Made by a program: the position numbers and the translations under genes. Source: Candidatus Calditenuis fumarioli (GTDB taxonomy: Archaea; Thermoproteota; Nitrososphaeria_A; Caldarchaeales; Calditenuaceae). Taken from it: a stretch of DNA of 64,000 nucleotides. Under the pieces are notes generated by a model that made no database searches, was not told where the DNA came from, and saw nothing but the letters and a program-made list of their open reading frames with translations. Below, piece after piece: positions 59,583-64,000 of this stretch (positions within the stretch are counted from its first letter, which is position 1; every line of letters begins with the position of its first letter). The stretch covers positions 511,521 through 575,520 of the forward strand of contig JANVYR010000002.1 of NCBI GenBank assembly GCA_030059665.1, given 5' to 3'.

Positions 59583-60200
59583 ATGTCCAGCGCGTTCGAC
59601 AGGGCCGTGGAGTGGGTGAGGCAGCAGGCCTCCGCGGGGAAGGGGCTGCCCTCGATCGCGAAGGAGATGCCCGAGTTCAGGGACGAGCACTTCACGGTGA
59701 ACAGGGTGGTCCTGCTGGAGCCGATCATGGTGGGGTACGCGGACCCGAAGGCATCGATCCAGCTCACGGACGGGCTGTTCAGAGCGGTGACACGGGTGGC
59801 GAAGATGCACGGGTTCGAGGCGGTCCAGACGAGCAACGGGATCGCGGTCAGGTCCGGGGATAGAAACGTGGCCTTCGTCACCCAGGAGGGAGTCTTCTCC
59901 TCGGACCGCAAGCTCTTCGAGGACCTCGTGGAGGCGGTAAGGACTCAGCCGGTGGACGCACCGGTGAAGGACAGCTGGCTCGACTCGATCGTACAGCTAA
60001 CAAGCAAGTACGGCGTGGACCTGATCTTCATGGCGTTGCTCTTCTTCCTCCTGCCGACCACGCTGGCAGCGATATCGCTTGCCGCAACCCCGTCCCTCTG
60101 GTTCCCGTACCCGGTGAACGTCGGCGTCGCTGCGGCTTTGCTGCTGATATCGGTCTACGTCTTCAGGAAGTATCTCGCGGAGAACCGTCCGAAGCGGTGA
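59583..60200 (+). CDS. Hypothetical protein with two C-terminal TM helices
   Basis: 205-aa ORF with host codon usage and a hydrophobic C-terminus. Confidence 0.7.
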   Translation: MSSAFDRAVEWVRQQASAGKGLPSIAKEMPEFRDEHFTVNRVVLLEPIMVGYADPKASIQLTDGLFRAVTRVAKMHGFEAVQTSNGIAVRSGDRNVAFVTQEGVFSSDRKLFEDLVEAVRTQPVDAPVKDSWLDSIVQLTSKYGVDLIFMALLFFLLPTTLAAISLAATPSLWFPYPVNVGVAAALLLISVYVFRKYLAENRPKR

Positions 60201-60305
60201 GGTTTCGGTAAGCGGTTCCCCTAGTTCTCTTCCGGGTTCAGCACCAAAAAGTATCGTTTCTCGGACCCCCACTCTATATGTTGTTGCAGGAAACGTGACT
60301 AAGAA

Positions 60306-60315
60306 TTTTGCAAAA
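60306..60315. promoter_or_regulatory. Palindrome upstream of aceA (candidate operator)
   Basis: TTTTGCAAAA in the AT-rich promoter region. Confidence 0.3.
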
Positions 60316-60368
60316 CATCGCGGCACAATAAGATTAAATTCGGCAGGGATGCGAAGAATGGACCAAGG

Positions 60369-61613
60369 ATGAGCGGCTGGAAGGACGAGAGGTGGAGGGG
60401 CATAGTGAGGGAGTACACCTACGAAGACGTTCTGAGGCTGAGGGGAACGTGGCCTTCACAGGCGGTTTACTCGAGGTTGCTGTCCGAGAAGTTCTGGAAC
60501 GCGCTCAAGACGAGACCATTTGTCTTCGCGGTCGGAGCGATGACGGGGACGCAGGCGATCCAGATGGTCGACGCCGGTTTCGAGGCGATCTACGTTAGCG
60601 GGTGGCAGGTGGCAGCGGACGCCAACGAGGTCGGGATGATGTACCCGGACCTCGGGCTGTACCCCTCCAACAGCGGACCTGAGCTGGTGAGGAGGATCCT
60701 GAGGGCGCTGAGGAGGGCAGACCAGATCAGGCACCTCGAGGGGAGGAGGGGACCGGATTACTTCGTGCCGCTGGTGGCGGACTGCGAGGCGGGATTCGGC
60801 GGGCCGCTGCACGCGTTCGAGGTGGTGCGGGAGATGATCGAGGCCGGTGCGGCATCGGTTCACCTGGAGGACCAGCACCACAGCGAGCGGAGGTGCGGAC
60901 ACTTGGGAGGAAAGGTCCTCGTGCCACTGGACGCCTTCAAGAGGACGCTGACCGCGGCGAGGCTCGCGGCGGACGTGATGGACGTGCCCCTGGTGATAAT
61001 AGCCAGGACCGACTCCCTCGACGCCTCTTTCATAACGAGCGACCACGACCCGATAGACAGCCAGTTCGTCACAGGAGGCAGGACGCCCGAAGGTTACTAC
61101 AGGTTCACGGGAGGAATCGACGCGGCCGTGGCCAGGGCCCTTGAGGTGGCTCCGTACGCGGAGCTGATCTGGTTCGAGACGAAGAGGCCGAGCCTGGAGG
61201 AGGCGAAGGAGTTCGCGAGGAAGGTGCTCTCGAGGTTCCCGGAGAAGATGCTGGCGTACAACCTGTCGCCGTCCTTCAACTGGACGAAGCTGGACAGGGA
61301 GCAGGTGGCCCAGTTCCAGCGCGAGCTGGCGAGGCTCGGGTACAAGTTCCAGTTCATCACGCTGGCGGGGTTCCACGCGCTGAACGCATCCATGTTCGAG
61401 CTGGCCAAGGGTCTGATCGAGGAGGGGATGCCGGCGTACGTGAGGCTCCAGGAAAGGGAGTTCGAGCTGGAGAAGGTAGGCTACAGGGCTGCACGGCACC
61501 AGTCCTTCGTCGGCGTCCAGTACTACGACCTGGTCTACGACCTCATCACCGGCGGGAGGGCCTCCGCGAAGGCGCTGGAGGGTTCGACCGAGAAGGAGCA
61601 GTTCGGGCACTGA
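60369..61613 (+). CDS. aceA: Isocitrate lyase
   Basis: IYVSGWQVAADAN, LYPSNS, ADCEAGFGG, HLEDQ..RRCGHLGGK, ARTD, WFET, YNLSPSFNW, FITLAGFH. Confidence 0.95.
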   Translation: MSGWKDERWRGIVREYTYEDVLRLRGTWPSQAVYSRLLSEKFWNALKTRPFVFAVGAMTGTQAIQMVDAGFEAIYVSGWQVAADANEVGMMYPDLGLYPSNSGPELVRRILRALRRADQIRHLEGRRGPDYFVPLVADCEAGFGGPLHAFEVVREMIEAGAASVHLEDQHHSERRCGHLGGKVLVPLDAFKRTLTAARLAADVMDVPLVIIARTDSLDASFITSDHDPIDSQFVTGGRTPEGYYRFTGGIDAAVARALEVAPYAELIWFETKRPSLEEAKEFARKVLSRFPEKMLAYNLSPSFNWTKLDREQVAQFQRELARLGYKFQFITLAGFHALNASMFELAKGLIEEGMPAYVRLQEREFELEKVGYRAARHQSFVGVQYYDLVYDLITGGRASAKALEGSTEKEQFGH

Positions 61614-61749
61614 CCTGAAACCGGTGCGTTCGCGTCACGGCCCGGAGGTCGCTCTACGTTTTTTAGCGGGGCAGGACGGAGAGGTCCGGATGTACTGCTC
61701 CCTGCACGCCGGCGGGGTCTGGGGTAGGCCGAAGACCGGTGCGTTCAAC

Positions 61750-62346
61750 GTGACGCTCGGGTCCTCGAGGGTCGTCCTGGACTCCATAACCGCGGTTACG
61801 GTCCCGAAGGCGGAGGAGCGGGAGGCGATCAGGAGGTACGGGCTCGGGAGGGCGGTGAAGGTGGAGAGGCGAGGGGAGGTCAACTTCGTCGTCCAGTGGA
61901 TCAGGAACAGGTCCCTGATCAGGTACATCGTCAACTGGGGGAAGCTGTCGTCGCTCTTCCCAGTGCACCTTACCACCGCATGCTGCTCGGTCGAGTACGC
62001 GGCCACCGTCGGATCCAGGTACGACCCGGAGAGGTTCGGGATACTGAACGCCGTCGGATCCCTGCGCCAGTCTGACCTGCTGCTGGTGGAGGGCACCGTC
62101 ACCGCGAAGATGGCCCAGCGACTTCGGGTGATCTACGACCAGATGCCTGACCCGAAGTGGGTGATCGCGATGGGAGCGTGCGCGATATCCGGCGGGCTCT
62201 ACGCGAAGGACTCGTACAACGTCATCCAGGGCATCGACGACATAGTTCCGGTGGACGTTTACGTGCCCGGGTGCCCGCCGAGGCCCGAGACGCTCATCCA
62301 GGGCTTCGTTTTGCTGAGGGACAAGATACTGAACGAGCGGCTGTGA
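61750..62346 (+). CDS. nuoB: NADH:quinone oxidoreductase-like subunit B (start uncertain, between 61624 and 61750)
   Basis: TACCSVE, RFG, RQSDLL..GT, QMPDPKWVIAMGAC..GG, VPGCPPRPE. Confidence 0.95.
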   Translation: MTLGSSRVVLDSITAVTVPKAEEREAIRRYGLGRAVKVERRGEVNFVVQWIRNRSLIRYIVNWGKLSSLFPVHLTTACCSVEYAATVGSRYDPERFGILNAVGSLRQSDLLLVEGTVTAKMAQRLRVIYDQMPDPKWVIAMGACAISGGLYAKDSYNVIQGIDDIVPVDVYVPGCPPRPETLIQGFVLLRDKILNERL

Positions 62347-62347
62347 G

Positions 62348-62836
62348 GTGACGGGTTTGTCGAAGCTCCAGTCCGTGGTAGACGAGATGAGGGAGAGGTT
62401 CGGTGACCGGATCAGAAACGTGATCGTCGACCGGAAGATCGTCAAGGTCGAGGTGGACAGCTCGGTGGTCGTCGAGGCGGCGAGGTTCCTGAGGGAGAGG
62501 GGATTCGACCACGTGAAGGGCGTCACAGGCGTCGACCTGATAGCCCTCACGAAGCCGGAGAACGCGATCGAGGTGCTCTACCACGCCGGATCCTACACGG
62601 ACGAGGAGCTGAAGGGCGTGGTCCTCACGCTCTCGGTGAAGCTGCCCCGTGACGAGCCGGAGATGCCCTCGCTCACGCAGGTCTGGAGGAGCGCCGAGTA
62701 CCACGAGCGCGAGACCTTCGAGATGCTGGGCGTCAGGTTCGTTGGCCATCCTGACCTCAGGAGGCTCCTTCTGCCGGAGTGGTACTCGGACATACCTCCC
62801 CTTAGGAAGGACTTCAAGCCCGCCGGCAGGCCGTGA
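62348..62836 (+). CDS. nuoC: NADH:quinone oxidoreductase-like subunit C (stand-alone)
   Basis: GVTGVD, PSLTQVWRSAEYHERETFEMLGVRFVGHPDLRRLLL..PLRKDF. Confidence 0.93.
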   Translation: MTGLSKLQSVVDEMRERFGDRIRNVIVDRKIVKVEVDSSVVVEAARFLRERGFDHVKGVTGVDLIALTKPENAIEVLYHAGSYTDEELKGVVLTLSVKLPRDEPEMPSLTQVWRSAEYHERETFEMLGVRFVGHPDLRRLLLPEWYSDIPPLRKDFKPAGRP

Positions 62837-62886
62837 TCGCCGCGTGTAATCCAGTCTTTCGGGGAGAAAACGTCCCAATGCCACGC

Positions 62887-62897
62887 AAAGTTTATAG
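62887..62897 (+). promoter_or_regulatory. rRNA promoter BRE/TATA
   Basis: AAAGTTTATAG about 185 nt upstream of mature 16S, followed by a GC-rich leader. Confidence 0.55.
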
Positions 62898-63076
62898 CTG
62901 AACGTTTGGCTTTAACAGGGTTGGAGCCAGGACCCGAGGCGGCGCCGCCCCAGAGGGAGGCGGTGACGCTCGCTGTGAAGGGGCGGTCTCCGGTCTTGGC
63001 AACAGGATGAGGACCCGAGGTAGCGGTTCGGGTCTAATGCGGGCCGGGTCGTGGAGAGACCCCCGCCACTGGGCAG

Positions 63077-64000
<924 letters not shown>

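Overview
GC-rich archaeal chromosome segment, mostly housekeeping genes. S26e, TBP, aIF5B, Rpp29, an archaeal CCA enzyme and a GTGTCAGCCGCC-type 16S point to a TACK thermophile; Aigarchaeota/Caldarchaeales-like is my inference. The window contains a cofactor operon (CobY-like, FbiB-C-like nitroreductase, cofD, moaB, GlmU-like), tbp, tRNA-Asp, cimA, infB-cca, a fragmented S3-L29-Rpp29-S17-L14/L24 ribosomal cluster, amt-glnK, leuS, split nuo (A-H and B-C) and suf (D and B) genes, an Opp/Dpp ABC operon, a pst/phoU operon, isocitrate lyase and the 5' ~920 nt of 16S rRNA. The strongest non-ORF signals are two box C/D guide sRNAs. One (5218-5264) has a D guide that pairs perfectly over 10 nt with the 16S gene in this window. 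The other (11710-11770) appears to target the 23S peptidyl-transferase centre. The strongest novel-protein candidate is an inserted gene (10804-11703) with a PD-(D/E)xK-like domain that has Gly in place of the catalytic Glu, fused to a codon-atypical C-terminal domain resembling the SeqA methyl-DNA reader. No CRISPR array, transposase or integrase was seen. All family assignments come from motif recognition by eye, not from database searches.
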